NCBI GenBank assembly: GCA_046337925.1
Contig: JBKCZS010000101.1
Span: 1-63,620 of the forward strand
Origin: a bacterium
Lineage (GTDB): Bacteria > Planctomycetota > Phycisphaerae > Phycisphaerales > SM1A02
Direction: 5' to 3'
DNA length: 63,620 nt
In this document: in pieces, positions 63,578-63,620 of the stretch
How the letters are laid out: each line of letters starts with the position of its first letter
How positions within the stretch are numbered: the stretch's first letter is position 1
Position numbers and translations under genes: made by a program
Notes under the pieces: model-generated
What the model was told of the DNA's origin: nothing
The model's database searches: none
The model's input: the letters and a program-made list of their open reading frames with translations, nothing else

Positions 63578-63620
63578 GGCCCGACCCGCACGCCGGCCGG
63601 TACGTGCGCGAAACCACCAC

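Overview
This is a very GC-rich, densely packed bacterial chromosomal window. I estimate roughly 70% GC by eye; I did not compute it. Most genes sit on the minus strand, and many are joined by ATGA or GTGA stop/start overlaps.

The gene content suggests Planctomycetota, possibly Phycisphaerae. The evidence is a PSCyt/DUF1549/DUF1553 + DUF1501 gene pair, three DUF1559-like prepilin-type proteins, a PAPG-variant PEP-CTERM protein and dockerin-tailed secreted proteins. This placement is an inference from gene families only; no search was run.

Recognisable blocks, in order:
- DUF1501/DUF1553 pair
- secreted zinc metalloprotease
- two dockerin-tailed secreted proteins, one of them a GH13 enzyme
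- complete classical menaquinone operon menF-D-H-B-A-C-E, with a convergent hotdog thioesterase
- Mla/Mce-like lipid transport operon with a STAS-fused permease, a PqiC-like lipoprotein and an M48 peptidase
- malic enzyme
- partial hydroxyproline catabolic cluster
- dut-degT-rnd
- PEP-CTERM protein
- Bcp peroxiredoxin with a histone-H1-like tail
- atypical five-gene Opp/Dpp-like ABC importer, preceded by an ECF sigma module
- dnaB, HU/IHF, lpxK, maf
- Ser/Thr kinase, RidA
- three prepilin-like paralogues
- NfeD-NfeD-FloA
- translationally coupled GT2 / UPF0104 / YkgJ trio

I found no rRNA, tRNA, CRISPR array, transposase or phage genes.

The main material not explained by ordinary gene calls is:
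- three families of structured intergenic repeats: a BIME-like array at 1-314, a hairpin element with a compensatory stem change at 29.5 kb and 63.5 kb, and a MITE-like inverted-repeat element with a purine microsatellite core at 12.2 kb and 36.0 kb
- short phased tandem repeats directly upstream of two genes (13 bp x3 and 11 bp x6)
- two unusually long non-coding leaders in front of the prepilin-like genes
- a DUF1553 reading frame that lacks a stop codon at its expected end
- several unusual domain fusions

I see no clear-cut novel multi-gene system such as a defence island. The candidates below are ranked modestly. All start codons are inferred from signal peptides, Shine-Dalgarno (SD) motifs and gene overlaps.
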